From NCBI RefSeq assembly GCF_001194135.2, contig NC_068989.1, forward strand, positions 52,109,652 to 52,173,651: a stretch of 64,000 bases of DNA, in the 5' to 3' direction. Numbering within the stretch: position 1 is the stretch's first letter; the number at the start of each line of letters is the position of its first letter. This document shows, piece after piece, positions 24,171-38,859 of the stretch. Under the pieces are notes generated by a model. It was given only the letters and a program-made list of their open reading frames with translations. It searched no databases and was not told the DNA's origin. A program made the position numbers and the translations under genes. Source of the DNA: Octopus bimaculoides. Taxonomy: Eukaryota.

Positions 24171-26220
24171 ATGAACAAAAGTTTTATCTCTTAACATTTT
24201 TATTGTTACGAACGTAGAGGAGACGCTAACTCTCAACTTTAGCATGCATATCAACCAAGTATTACTGTAATAGATCACAATACATGAGTAATTGATTTGA
24301 TTGTTCTGCTCTTAATATCAGTGGGGAAGAATATAAGTTATTTGACGACACCTTTTTGTTTATAATTGACTCTCCTGTTGCAGGTCCAATCTCTGAAATA
24401 TTGAAATGGTACACATCTTGTCTATTCACACAATAAGAGGATACTGGAGGGTATCATAAGAGGGATCAGTCTCTGAAACACGTTTAAGGTTGTTATCTCG
24501 AGCCCGAAGGAGAATATCACGGTTTTCATAGGGATCACCTACCGTAAAGATGGCTACTTCATTAGATGTGGGCTCATTAAAACGACGTAAACTGTCTTTT
24601 CGTGTAGTTTACTATGGACGTAATGAACGCAGAAACACACGCACACATTCGCAGAAACAGACGCTCATAAAAATGATAATATTGAAAACAGAAAAGCGTA
24701 CACACACGAAGTTCATGCGAAACGAAATGTAGTCAATATAGGTGCAAAACATACTTTCTGTGGCATAGTTATACTATAAAACTTCTTTTAGGGAATATTT
24801 CCAAAAGAAATATTCCAGCATCGGGAAGTCACCAATTTAGCAAAAATTACTTTGCGTCACTAATGTAATAATGTACAGACAGTCAACCTTTATTAGGAAC
24901 ATGTATTAAATGTTATAAAATTCAAGATTGAATGTCACGCTGAAGAAAGTCAAACTCCAAAGAAAATTCAGAAGGCATAATTAAATTTTTCATGCAAAAG
25001 TAATTTATTATTTTACAATTTCTTAACGAACACTGAACATAGTGAGTACGAAGGAATATGTTGCGGTTGTGAACGTTAATTCATTTAAAACACTTGCTGA
25101 AGGATGTATGTAGGAAGACATAAATCAATTTGACATCACTTACTATATATTTTAACTGTGTACGTTTACAGGCTGTAGAATAAATACTGACTAACGCAGT
25201 AAAAAGGTTGTGCAGCGTTGAATACACTCACTGATACAGCATCATAGTAGGAATACGATAAGGACGCTAGGGCTGTTAAAAAAAAGACATTATCTTCAAA
25301 CTGTTTATAAGGACTAGATAAACATTCCTGTAATTATTTTGAAAGAGCCGCTAAGGCTTTCTACGTCAGCAAGTTTCCCAATTTGTTATATTAACCAGAA
25401 GAGCAATTTTTTTGTCAGATAAATGTTTGAGCGTTGTAATGGCTGTCAAAGCAGACAAAACTTCATGTTGGCTATAAAGACTAGAATAATATTTCAGCAC
25501 ATAAGTAGTGATAATCGTTAATGCTGTTTAAACCGCAAATCTACATGATGAAAAGGAAAATCCAAAGTGCGGCACTTCAAAGTGAATGTTTTTGTTCGTT
25601 CATAGTCGAGGCCGCAACTAAACTATACTCTTTCAAAATGGGTGCATTTCACTGTTGGGCTGTATAGTCACACACATACACTAAGACAGACACACACAAA
25701 CATACATTCACGCACACCTCAGGCCTATCTCTGTCCCTCTGTTTGTCTGACTCTCTCTTTTGATGTGTCTGTGTGTGTGTGTGTGCGCGCGTGTGTGTCA
25801 GTCGTCACAAAAATGTATGTATACTTACAGACACATACACCGTCACATATAGTCAAACACATATACTTCTAAGTCATCAGCCTAACGTGCGTAACGAACG
25901 CGCAAGCACACACTGACAGTCACATACACACTGATATAGAAAATTTGACGTCGTCGTCATATAAAATGTCGTTTACCATAGCTGACTTGGAGAAAGATTA
26001 TAATGTTAAACTTTGTAATACAAATATGTAAATGAAAATAAATTTAATTTGGTAGCCGAAAGAATACTGAACATTTTGATATCTCATACGTCAAAATCAG
26101 CATGCCAGTTTTTGAATCCATAAGGAACATACGCGCACACACACAGATACACACACACACATACACACGCACACACATTTTCTCTTATATATATATATCT
26201 GACTACACACATCAGCTAAG

Positions 26221-27575
26221 TCATAGAACGGATAGTCAGAGGAGAAACTATTGGCATTCCTTAAAGAAAATAATTTGCTGAGTGATACCCAGCATGGCTT
26301 TCGAGCAGGTAGGAGCCGCCTGACCCAGTTCTTACAATATTATTAGTGGGTGTTGAGGTAGTTACTCAACAACTCAAACGTGGATGTAATATACCTTGAT
26401 TTTGCAAAAGCTTTTGACAAAGTGTCATGGTATGATAAGCCACAAAATACGTGATCGCGGCATAGCTGGAAAACTTGGAGAGTAGTTATATGACTTTCTA
26501 CCTCCAAGGAAACACAAATAGTGAGCGGTGTTCCACAGGGTACTGTCTTGGGACCACTGCTTTTCATAGTGACCTTCTCAGATATGCCCTCAACTGCCCG
26601 GACATCCACCCTTGCAAGCTATGCAGACGATACGAAAGTCTCGCAGAAAATACAGAACCCCGTCGATGTTGCAGATCTGCAGCAGGAGTTGGACTCAATA
26701 TACAGACGGGCTGGGGAAAATAATATGCAGTTTAATGCTGACAAATTCCAAGTCCTGCGCTACCAGAGTCCAAAACTGAATATGAATCTTACAGGGTACA
26801 CTTATCCCCAGAGAATTACAATTCCAGAACCTAAATCAGTGAGAGACCTGAGTATCGACATGAGTGATGATACCTCTTTCCAAGTGCACATCACCAGGGT
26901 GGCGACAAAGTGCAGATGACTGGCTGGATGGATCCTAAGAAAATTCAGAACTATAGATACAGAAACCATGATGGTCCTCTTGAGGACATTCGTCCTCAGC
27001 CGCCTGGATTACTGCTCACAGCTACGGTCACCCAACAGTGTAAAATCATCAGCGGACCTTGAAGCAATTCAGCGAAGCTTCTCGAACAAGATCGCCTCTT
27101 TGCAACAGCTCAGCTACTGAGAAAAGCTGAAACAGCTAAGCCTGTACTCCCTAGAGCGAAGGCGATAGAAGTATGCAGTGATATACATCTGGAAGATCCT
27201 GGAAAGAATTGTGCCAAACATTGGCATTGAAAGCTACACCAATGCCAGAACGGGTTGACACTGCATAGTGCCAAAGATCCCAGCAATGCCATCGCGCTTC
27301 AGGACCAGTTACTGCAACAGCCTGGATTTCAGGGGCCCACAGCTTTTTAATATTCTCCCAAAGAGCCTGAGGAATCTCCGCAAAGTAGATGTAGGCGTTT
27401 TAAAATCATGGTTGGACCTCTTCCTGTCGAGAATCCTAGATGAACCTACCTTACGGCAAGAGGTGCAAATGAGGATAGCTACATCAAACTCCATTCTATT
27501 AAAGGAAGATTTCAGTAATAAAATTGTAGCAAAACTGTGGTGCTCCAGCATGGCCACAGCCATGAGCTGAAACTA
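26221..27575 (+). mobile_element. 5'-truncated CR1-type LINE (RT and 3' end), pseudogenised
   Basis: QHGFRAGRS, VDVIYLDFAKAFDKV, SGVPQGTVLGPLLF, SYADDTKV, NNMQFNADKF, SRLDYCSQL, LYSLERRR. It has stops and a deletion just before SGVPQG, and ends at (TA)n. Confidence 0.95.
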
Positions 27576-29773
27576 CAAATATATGTATGTATATATATAT
27601 ATATACATTATATACATATAACATTACTATTGATTTTTTTTTCTAGTATATTACACTATAGCCACTTTCTTTTGACTACTCTACTGTTTCTCCCAACTGC
27701 TACCTGTGTTGTGTTGTAATCAGCATTTGATATCTAGAACACGCTTAGTAAATTATCATTCTATTTTACAGAATATCAGTCTCAAGCGGGAAATGTTGTT
27801 AATTTTGACAGATTATTTCCGGAACAGCAGCAAAGCATAATTAACAAATGATAAAGGAACCTGATTACATACGAGGATATATCATTCTTCGGTTTGCCTG
27901 TAGGGTTTCTTATTTATTTCTTTTCTTACAATCTGTTAATTTCCCATGTTGATTACTTTTAAATTAATATGAAAGAAGAACGAATCCGAAAGTTTTACGT
28001 TCAATTGTCTTCCTTATTTTGTATTAATTTTTGTAATTTACTCAGTGAAAGAGAGTACAATGCATGACATATTTTCATGTTCCCTAAAACGTCCAAGTTC
28101 AAAATATTCACATCTCATGGTATACCAACCGAAACCAAATAAAATGTCTACATTCAAAAACAAAAAAAAAACGGACATAAAGTTTCTGTTATAGAAACAG
28201 ATATGCGCTATTATAAAATATGCCATTGTTTAATTGTTTACGCAATAAAAACAGCATAGAAACATATAAATAACTCATAAATATTTATCCATCATTTGAA
28301 AACTATAATAGACGAGACAGGGGATTTATTAAAAAGAGTCAGCCTATTTTCATTTTCAGCTCATGTAATTTTATTTAAGTTGCACTGTTAAATTCACTGA
28401 GTAATTGTTAAAAACCACAAGCTGATTCATGTACCAAAATAATTGTTTCTAGGAGGTGAGTAAATATACCTTAATCATTTTGTTTGCAAATGTTTAATTA
28501 CCGTTGCCACATAGACGACAACACAATATGAAGAATGAATGAAATATTTATTAAATTTACGCAGTTACATTTAAGCAAGATATACAAAGTTTTTGAGCTA
28601 TTTTAAAATGAATGAGACATATTCCAGTTTCTTTTCAAGTAAAATGGTATTTTATATTTCAGTTAAGGAAAACATATTTGCCTGCTGACTATTTTTTGGG
28701 GCTATTTAGGATACAATTCAAGTGTTATAACATCATGCATAGCATGACTCAGCATTACGTTAACAATTGGCGAGGACGTTATCTCTAGCTTGAAAACAAT
28801 CACTCCAATGCCATATATTATAGTGATTGTAAACTATTGTGAAGGTGTCAACACACATCAGAAGATTTCCCCTTGGAATCTGACGTCTCTTTAGCTTCAT
28901 ATGTATTGGATATGCTCCGGATCGGTTTATTCTTATATACCTTATGCTATTCATATTACAATGACAGATTAGAAAGTAATATATATCACCAAATCATATA
29001 TTACAATATTTTAATATCTTCTTTATTAGAATTCCATATTAAACAAGTATTATCGATCATTTCAGAAGAAAATGTACAGAAATATTTCCGATCAAGAGAA
29101 AACAATTTATCTCAAGTTAACGATGTGATGTGATTATATTAGTGTTTTCCTTACCACTAATTCTGTTTTAAGATATATGAAGCACCCGTTTATAACAGAC
29201 TTTAAGTTATACAGTATAAATCAATTATTTATCAACATTTCTTAAGGCATCCAAGACGCGTGTGTATTTTTTAGAAGGACTGCCTCCTTAAATTTCTTAT
29301 GGAACTGTAAAATAATATGAAAGGCGGGATTATTCAGCCTACATATGGGAAGACTTATTGAATAAGCGAAGTCCATACCGTATAACTAGCACCAGAAATG
29401 CTATTGAATGTTAATAAATATCGAGCAAATGCTTTTGGTGCTCCGAATGATCACATGCCGCATCAGTATTGCAACTGAAATAAACAATCGGCAGATTTAG
29501 AATAAAAGCAAGCTTTAATAAGGTTACAACAAATGCAATCCAGGTCACCAAATGCGAGGTGATGTAGGTGTCGATCAAGTATATAAAATGAGATGCAAGT
29601 CTATTATTTGATGAAATATTAGTCTTTGTCTAGAGGGCTTTAAAATTCATTTGATGAAGAAAAGATTGCTGTCAATTTAAATATGTTCCTGTAGTTCTGA
29701 CAATATCTCTTAATATAATTGATTAGAATATCTGGCTCGCTGAAGGGTAATTAAGAATTGTAATATATATATA

Positions 29774-30463
29774 NNNNNNNNNNNNNNNNNNNNNNNNNNN
29801 NNNNNNNNNNNNNNNNNNNNNNNNNNNNNNNNNNNNNNNNNNNNNNNNNNNNNNNNNNNNNNNNNNNNNNNNNNNNNNNNNNNNNNNNNNNNNNNNNNNN
29901 NNNNNNNNNNNNNNNNNNNNNNNNNNNNNNNNNNNNNNNNNNNNNNNNNNNNNNNNNNNNNNNNNNNNNNNNNNNNNNNNNNNNNNNNNNNNNNNNNNNN
30001 NNNNNNNNNNNNNNNNNNNNNNNNNNNNNNNNNNNNNNNNNNNNNNNNNNNNNNNNNNNNNNNNNNNNNNNNNNNNNNNNNNNNNNNNNNNNNNNNNNNN
30101 NNNNNNNNNNNNNNNNNNNNNNNNNNNNNNNNNNNNNNNNNNNNNNNNNNNNNNNNNNNNNNNNNNNNNNNNNNNNNNNNNNNNNNNNNNNNNNNNNNNN
30201 NNNNNNNNNNNNNNNNNNNNNNNNNNNNNNNNNNNNNNNNNNNNNNNNNNNNNNNNNNNNNNNNNNNNNNNNNNNNNNNNNNNNNNNNNNNNNNNNNNNN
30301 NNNNNNNNNNNNNNNNNNNNNNNNNNNNNNNNNNNNNNNNNNNNNNNNNNNNNNNNNNNNNNNNNNNNNNNNNNNNNNNNNNNNNNNNNNNNNNNNNNNN
30401 NNNNNNNNNNNNNNNNNNNNNNNNNNNNNNNNNNNNNNNNNNNNNNNNNNNNNNNNNNNNNNN
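29774..30463. other. Largest of 15 assembly gaps (N-runs)
   Basis: The other gaps start at about 2081, 6358, 7398, 9063, 12275, 16705, 20064, 22178, 33595, 41894, 42793, 48490, 49443 and 52318. All adjoin (TA)n, (CA)n or (CT)n. Confidence 0.95.
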
Positions 30464-31544
30464 ATATATATATATATATATACATGTTCTGTTCATTGGA
30501 AGCCGTAGTATAAGGGCAGTGTGAAACAGAGGAGCAGAGTGAGTGGAAGAGTGAATGAGTGAATGCCTCTTTTATTTTCGTTGTTTCTTATTGCAGAGTT
30601 AAGAACAAAGAGAGGAAAGAGCATACTTGTTTTCTTTTTGTTTTTGTTTTCATATGACTCATTATTACACATATATGTATATACGTTTATTCATATATTA
30701 CATATACAAATGTACGTGACATATGGTTCATTTGTGTCCGTCATTCGACCTTCAATACATTATGCAATTAATGCAATGAAACCTTAAAAATATTTCGTAC
30801 TCTTCTACCCTTATCTAATAGTTATTACAATCAATGAGCATGTAAAATTAGATCTGTAATTTTTCTATATAAGGTTTCTCATCTGACAGACACGCATAAT
30901 TAACGCATGACACACCATTGCAGTTTTCCTGTGTATATCATTAGTTTGAACATGCTACGTCACAATTTATTGTATTTTAATTAAATATGGATCTTTTCTA
31001 TTATGTAGCGACACATTTCTCGTTTAAGTACTCATCGCACTCGCTACAGTGTTGAATGTTATAAATTAGATGTTCGGAAATAGTTAACGGATTATCACCA
31101 AATGACAATACATTAAATATCAATAAAATATGGTTAAACAAGTGTCTGGGAAACTAGAATTAAAAATATAATTTTAGAAAAAAATACGCTAACTTAATAT
31201 TTCTTCGTATGTTTAATGGGAGGACAAATTTTGTTGTTTCGATCAGAAATGTTTCCGTTTTTTTTAACCATATAAGCTATTTATCGATTGATAGCTTGTC
31301 GTTGCGTACAAATAACTACCAGCAAGAATATTAAGCTTTTATGACGATACGAAGTTATAACATTTACATACAGAATTAATAATATGAATCGCAATGTCTA
31401 ATAGTATTATGTGTGAAAGTATACTTAAATATTAAGAAAATTATTTAACTTTTTGAAAAGAGCCAGAACACACCAATTTTACGGAGGCAATAAAAATGTC
31501 TCATATAGAAACAAGGTTATAGTTTTGTGGAGAGGTGTGAGACA

Positions 31545-31680
31545 ATTAAATTGATCTCAGTATTATATTTTCACTGGTACTATATTTTCACGATTTCAGA
31601 GGACAGAAATTAATGTTAGCCGAGGAGATAATTCGAACGCAGAACGTATAATAGGATATCTAAATACCTACAAAATAAAT
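31545..31680 (-). mobile_element. Decayed SINE, same family as 10650-10840
   Basis: The order actggtact...gagga...ttcgaacgcagaacgt...aatacc parallels 10705-10800. Confidence 0.4.
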
Positions 31681-32524
31681 TTGTCCAGAGCTCTGAGAAT
31701 TCCAAAGATAAAGGCTGCATTGAGTACAGTTCCGTTTGATGAACCTGTATCAGTTTGATAACCATGGAAGAACAAGCAAATATGAGAACGCAGCCTCTTT
31801 CTTTGTATTTAAGCTTCTAGAAATAATATTCAAATTTCCCTGAAATACTACACTTTCTTCTTAAATATGGAGGAATACACCAGACAAATACTCCCTAGCC
31901 ATGCCCATGAAACCTGAGTTAAATTACATTAATCATATATATGATATATGGTTGATCAAAAATAGGAAGAATGTGCGACTAAAATAGCAACAGAAGCAGC
32001 AGCAACCAGAAACTAAATCATCTCCTGTTACGTTTAGACATATTAACTGCATATTAACAGTGCAGCTTCCTGGGAAATTTAATCGTTAAACATTCATATT
32101 AATTATGATGAGTTCAGCAGTCAAGACCATACACTGTGGAGGAGATTATGGCCGACTGCATTAAATCTCAAATCATAAAATACTCCAATCTGCTGAAAGC
32201 AATGTCCTCAGGGGAAACAAAAATGAACTCATAAAATTAAGTAATCATTTCATAGTGACCAATGCTCCAGCGAAGTTGGAAAAGTACATTTCAATGCAAC
32301 ACCTTCCCGCTATATTTGTTTACAAACTATATGTTATAAAAGAATGAAGAATATTCGTTATAAGGTCGAGAATGTAAAAGGTGCCGTTCACAGTAATCGA
32401 TATCATGTAAAAAAAATCATGTGTAATGAATGAATTTTTTTGGAGTTAATATAGATATAGCGGATGCGAAAAGTATTTGAGGAGATATGCAGTTTTAGTC
32501 ATTATTGTATTTCAGAAAATAACA

Positions 32525-33510
32525 ATGACAGGTCCTATACTTACTTACGAAAAGAAAGAGGCATGCTGTGATTGTGGCTATGAAGGCTAAAGGTGGTGAT
32601 TTAGAAATTTCACGTTTTCTGAAAGTTGCGATATCTTTTCTCCACAAGATTCAGTGTGAGATAGAGAAAGAAGATAGAAGCGTGTTACCAGTAAAAGACA
32701 AAACATTGCAAGCGCTCTGATTCTATGAGGACATCTGAATTTATTCAGGAAGTTAAGCAGAACATTGAATACAATCCAAGAAAAAACAATGAGATCAATT
32801 GTAAAAAAATCGTGCGTAAGAAACAGCAATCAGAAATGTTGTGCATGAAAACATGAAATACAAATCTTACGTGATGAGGAGAGGTCAATACATGTCAGGA
32901 AAACGAAAAGAAAACTGTTCAATGAGATCCAAAAGTCTCTTCAAGAAACTTTAAAATCCATCAGAAAGCTAACAGAAGATAACAGATGGCTATGTGCAAA
33001 CCCTTCCGAGGTTTCAAGAGTAATGCCACAAAATTTCCTGCCCGTGTCATTGTTTGGGGTGCTGTTAGCAATAAAGAACACGTGATGCATGCTCACTTTT
33101 TGCCTCAAGACCTTAGGGTGAATGCTGCTGCGTAAATTGAGGTTCTGGATAAAGTTGTTAAGCCTTGGATCAACAGTGTATGAAATGGAAGTCATTATGT
33201 CATTCAACAAGATGCTGCATCAACAGACAAGGCTCCAATGACACAAGATGGATGGGTGACAATTTGCATGATCACATCATCCACAGCATTTCAACCCTTA
33301 ATTCTTCAGTTCTCAATCCACTGGACTACTATGTATGGAGCATTCTTGAGAAAAATGTCAATGAACAACCCCCTAGAACCAAAGATTCTTTCATAGCCGC
33401 CATAGTTCGAGTGATGTTCGATATGAAAACGACCACTTAATAAGATGTTGTAAACGATTTCCATCCCACGCAGAGGCAGTTATTGGTGCATATCTTGGTT
33501 TTATTCAATG
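32525..33510 (+). mobile_element. maT/DD37D-type Tc1/mariner transposase remnant
   Basis: KRHAVIVAM, HCKRSDSMRT, KYKSYVMRRGQ, TKFPARVIVWGAVS, YVIQQDAAS...NPLDYYVWSILE. There are 37 residues between the second and third D after correcting one frameshift. The first-D region is deleted. Confidence 0.9.
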
Positions 33511-33561
33511 AAATTCTTAAATTGATAATTTAGCTTCAGGTTTATATTTATGTTATGTCTG

Positions 33562-33594
<33 letters not shown>

Positions 33595-33786
33595 NNNNNN
33601 NNNNNNNNNNNNNNNNNNNNNNNNNNNNNNNNNNNNNNNNNNNNNNNNNNNNNNNNNNNNNNNNNNNNNNNNNNNNNNNNNNNNNNNNNNNNNNNNNNNN
33701 NNNNNNNNNNNNNNNNNNNNNNNNNNNNNNNNNNNNNNNNNNNNNNNNNNNNNNNNNNNNNNNNNNNNNNNNNNNNNNNNNNNNNN

Positions 33787-33818
<32 letters not shown>

Positions 33819-34835
33819 ATGTATGTATTTGTATTCATGTTACATTAAAGGTATTTGTACATTAAATTGAAGGATTACTCAGTACATTTTGTAGAGTACA
33901 AGTTTATTATTTTTCCACGAGAATAGTATTGATAGTGACTTTGAAATTTCTAGCAGGGAAGCCATCTTGTTTATATTTGCTATTAGTGAGTGGGCGGTTA
34001 GTATAAAACTTGATATGTTTATTTCCCAATTGCGTACATGTTACTAACAGTGCAGGAAAGTAGTGTTAGTTTGTGTGTGCACATACTGTTCTGTTTTGTG
34101 TAGCTAGTGTGTGTATTTTGCAAACACGTATCACAATTCAGATGGTGTGATTTTTTTGTTTATTATTAAAGAACTTAACTCGGTCGAATAGAATGTGACA
34201 GCTCTCATCTGTACATAAATTACAGGCTTTTATTTGATGAGGAATGCTTGCGCTTATGTAATGACTCTCCATTGTAGTTACTTTCAAGTATTGTATTAGT
34301 GATGTTGGCAGCGTATTTGATACGTGAATTAATCTCTTACGTACATGAAATCCACAATATTTTTTCGGTCTTAGATCATTTGAATCCTGTATAAACACTT
34401 GGATGACATCTACATGGCATTACACACCATAATTTTTAGAGACAATGTTTTCAAAAGTCAACTAACCTCGACGCATTGAAAGCATGTATGTGAACTGTAT
34501 AAAATGGGCTTCAATGTTATTACTAATAACTCTCTGAACCATTCAGTTATCCTGCCGATGGCGTTACGATGATGTTCTACACTTGTCTTAATCTAATTAT
34601 TCACAAATGCAATGAAATGTTTCATTCAGAAACACGCGCAGGCGTGGATTTGATACCATTCAATTGTAACTATGTTAGAGGTTATATAGAAGCAATTTAA
34701 TGTAAAATACCCGAAAATGCTCTTCTTAGCACCGTTGACAAATTCAAACACAAACAATCTATCATACAAACATTTGAATATAGTTCAGATGACGCATATA
34801 ATTATGTATGTGTGCGAAGAGGTTTACCACACTCA

Positions 34836-34884
<49 letters not shown>

Positions 34885-34978
34885 ACAGATAGGTAGATAT
34901 ATGTATCGATAGATATATAGACAGACAGATAGACATGCAAATAGATGTAAGTATATTATAAAGATATGCCTATATATT

Positions 34979-35033
<55 letters not shown>

Positions 35034-35702
35034 TTATATATTCGCAGAATTATATGCAGACTACAAATTCAATATAAAGAAATTAAACATCTAATGCTCA
35101 ATTAATGGAAATCTACTTGAACTTTTTCAGGTATGTTATATTTCTAATATTTCTAATGGAATGAAATTAATATCGAGAAACAAATACTGAATGAAGAACC
35201 TGCAAATATAGAGATGTTCCATACACAAACTACCCTGTTGTTTGACACCATTATAAATTCCATAAATTCCAAGTGCTATGTATTTTATTTCAGAACTCCA
35301 TTTTATTCATGCCGAGTTTTTAATGCATTCACGTTATGATATTTACTGCTTTCCTAAAATTACAACTTTATTTACTTGTCATATATGATATATATTTTTA
35401 TTCATATATTTATTATATAAAAATGTTTCTTAAGCTATCTATGGAAAGCATGGTGTGATGTGATCGCGAGGAATAAGTGATTTCTTACTGAAATTAGACA
35501 CACACACATACACATATATGCATACATATACATACAAGCATACATGCACGCATGAACTCCGCCCGCACGTATGTATGTTTTTGTAGAAATATATATGTAT
35601 TAACGTGTATGCATTTTGTGTGTGTGTGTGTGGATGTGTGTGCGTGTGTGGATTTATGTGTATGTGTGTGTGTTTATGTGTGTATGTATGCGTGTATGTG
35701 TG

Positions 35703-35750
<48 letters not shown>

Positions 35751-38716
35751 TTATAGCACGCAACGAAATGAAAACTGTTTAAAACATTCAACATTCGGAT
35801 CCATCTTCTCTCATTTCAAAAATATAAAGATATTTTAAATATTATCGTAATGTATCTAATTCCAGTCCCTGCAGTTTATCGATCTTATTCTGGCCATAAC
35901 CTGACCATGTTATCAATTAGGAAATAAAATGTCCGGTTCTTTCAGCACAGCGAGAAACATAAGATCCTTTTCTGTATCTTATAAGGACACCCAGAGTCAA
36001 AATTATGCATGAATCAATTCTCATTTATGAATATCTACCGCTATCAGCAAAGCTGTACAGCTCTTATATTTATATTGAATTGATAATTATAAGGATAAAG
36101 TACAACTTCAACACATGGCTTTGTAAATGTTTCAAATCGGGAACTGATAGGTAATTACTTGTTGAAACTCACTTTCTCTAAACACAATGCTCTCTTTGGT
36201 ACAAATGTGTATGATATTAAACTTCCAATTCTCGTGCATGAAAAGCTTTAAATACAGAGAGGTAGCCACTGAAATTTAGTTTATTCCACGTTCCAAGAAA
36301 TTGCTTATGTTTGATTATGTTATAACTAGAAAGAAATATAAAGCGATGTGAAACATATCCTAGTTTCAAGGGGCGAATTTCATACGTCTAAAATTAATTT
36401 TCAGTACTTACACTGGAGGACCTTCGCAAATTCAATGCAAACCCTATCAGGCAAGTATCAAAGTAGCACACCTTGAGCGTTCTAACTACATGGTTAATCA
36501 TTTAAATCACATTTTACTACATTTAGGAAGGATTTCTTTATTCCAAGTATATACAAATTATATTATCCTTGCAATTATATTAGCATAATTACCTTTATTG
36601 AAATGAAACTTTATAGACTCAAAGAAAGTTTGGAAAGGAAATAAGAAGCATGAAACATTAGAAGTATATTGACTGCCTCAAAGATTATTAAAAACATCTA
36701 TGAAAACGACGTTCTGAAAGAGTTTTACTTACATACAGTTAAATTTAGGGATCACGTGCAATTTCTTTTACCTGCATTGGGAGAGAAAAAAAAGACCTAT
36801 AAGCTTCTTCAGTTCCGTAAAAACTAAATTATTTTCATTAACTATTTCATTAAAGACCAAAATATACATAATTGCTTCAAGAATTTCTTAATTGCATTCA
36901 AGTACGTGCTTTGATCAAACATAAATATGGAAGGCACAAAGAATAACAGGTATTCTGGTAGAGATGCTCACGTTAGGATGGCGAATTTTCTGATTAATAT
37001 TTATACTTAATTTGTGGGGAAAAGAATGTAGTATTTCATTATTGGGAAAGCGATGTGGTGTTATAGGTGTGCAACGTGAAATATGATAAAGATATTTGCA
37101 ATAATTATCGAGGTGTTTATCCTTTCAATGATGAGAGGGAATATTGAGCAGAATTATTCTTGACATGCTCGTTCATCGCATTTGGGATACACCTTTCTGA
37201 GTTTCAATTAGATATTTGTGTTGAACGAGGAACCAATAATATGCATTCTGAGACTTTCAAATAAAAGAAAATGCAAGGAACCAAGACCTGACCTCTTGCA
37301 TTAATTTACTAACCTCTACAACTGAATCATACGCAACACTGAAAGCCGACACAAGAAAAAGGAATTTCATAGATAATAATAACGATTTCGTATGTTTAAT
37401 TTGTATCGGAGCTTGTCTTTCTGAGATTTTTTACTTTTAACTGCACAATACTACATGAAACAATGTCAGCCACCCGAATGCTGTCCATCATGTACCAGAT
37501 ATTCAGTTTCGATCATTGAGAAATATATAAGTAATTTCGGTCACGATTCGGTGTTGTCTATTACTGAGAGGAGACATCCTTGTATTTGTAAGATAAAAGG
37601 TGCGAATCGTCAAATTAGAAGAAACTTATCTTGCGCACGTTACGTGCAAGGGTGACAATTAGTTATTTGTCGGATTCTAACATTGCATGTGTACGCAAAT
37701 ATGCATATGTACCTGTAACGATGTGTATATGTGAGCATGCTTATGTGTTATACTTTAATGCAATTGGAATTTTGTGAAACATTTGCAAGCCGTACACGTC
37801 ATTAGCTTTGGAATAAGGGAATTGCGTAGGCATGAGTCAGCTGATCCCAAAAGTTTATATTATATATCACGTTCATACTTTGTTGTCCGCTACCGTCTAC
37901 GCAAGCGATCTCGATTCAGTTCTTTCTATATTCGCTCGTTACACATTACTTGTACAGAACAATAGGTTCTTAAACACTTCCGAAACAAAACGTAATGCAT
38001 AATGAAGTACTTAATACATAATAAGTAACATAATATAGTAACTTAATACATAATAAAGAAACACCATTTCTGTATGAAAACTGAGTTTCAAAATGCCTGT
38101 GTAAATATGAGATAGTTGCTTAAAGAGGCTGATCATCTGACTACCCAATAAGGACCGGTATATAGCTTGAATCACAAAATTAATTATGTAATTATCACGT
38201 ATGTTAATCTCCCGAAAATTAACGCTGTTACACATACAGACTGGCATGATAAGATATAAGAGAGGGGATAAATACTGGAAACTGCCACACTAAATGGTAT
38301 TGCCCAGATGTTGAAGCATTGTGATATCCGGTTGGGCAGCTGGAGATGGAGACATTATGCTTGATTAAGAATTTCTTATATCTTAGTCACGCTACTCTGA
38401 ACTGCATTTCATTTCTTCATTCTTGTAAAGTGGATAGTACTTGTGGATTTATAGCTTATAGTGACCATTTAGTCTGTTAATGTTAGGTTTTCTTCATACG
38501 TAATCTAATTAGATTTGGACAAAGCTTAGATATTGGTGTCTACATTTGGAGATTATGTGGTATATATTTATATATATACTCACACAGTAACCCATATACA
38601 AAATCCAAAATAATTTATAGCCACATGCATAATATGTGTGTGTATGTGTGTATCCCCTGTGAGTGTATCCCTGTGTGGGTGTGTGCGTGCGCGTGTGGGG
38701 CTGTGAGCGCATGTGG

Positions 38717-38784
<68 letters not shown>

Positions 38785-38859
38785 GAAGTGCTTTATCGAA
38801 TAATTCTAGAAATACTGGGGCTAAGAAGATAGGAAAAACGTGGGTCACTGATGAAGCCT

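Noticed and set aside
24204-24214. tgttacgaacg identical to the start of the LTR at 55461
   Set aside because: Similarity stops after 11 bp downstream, and I see no partner terminus; this is compatible with chance.
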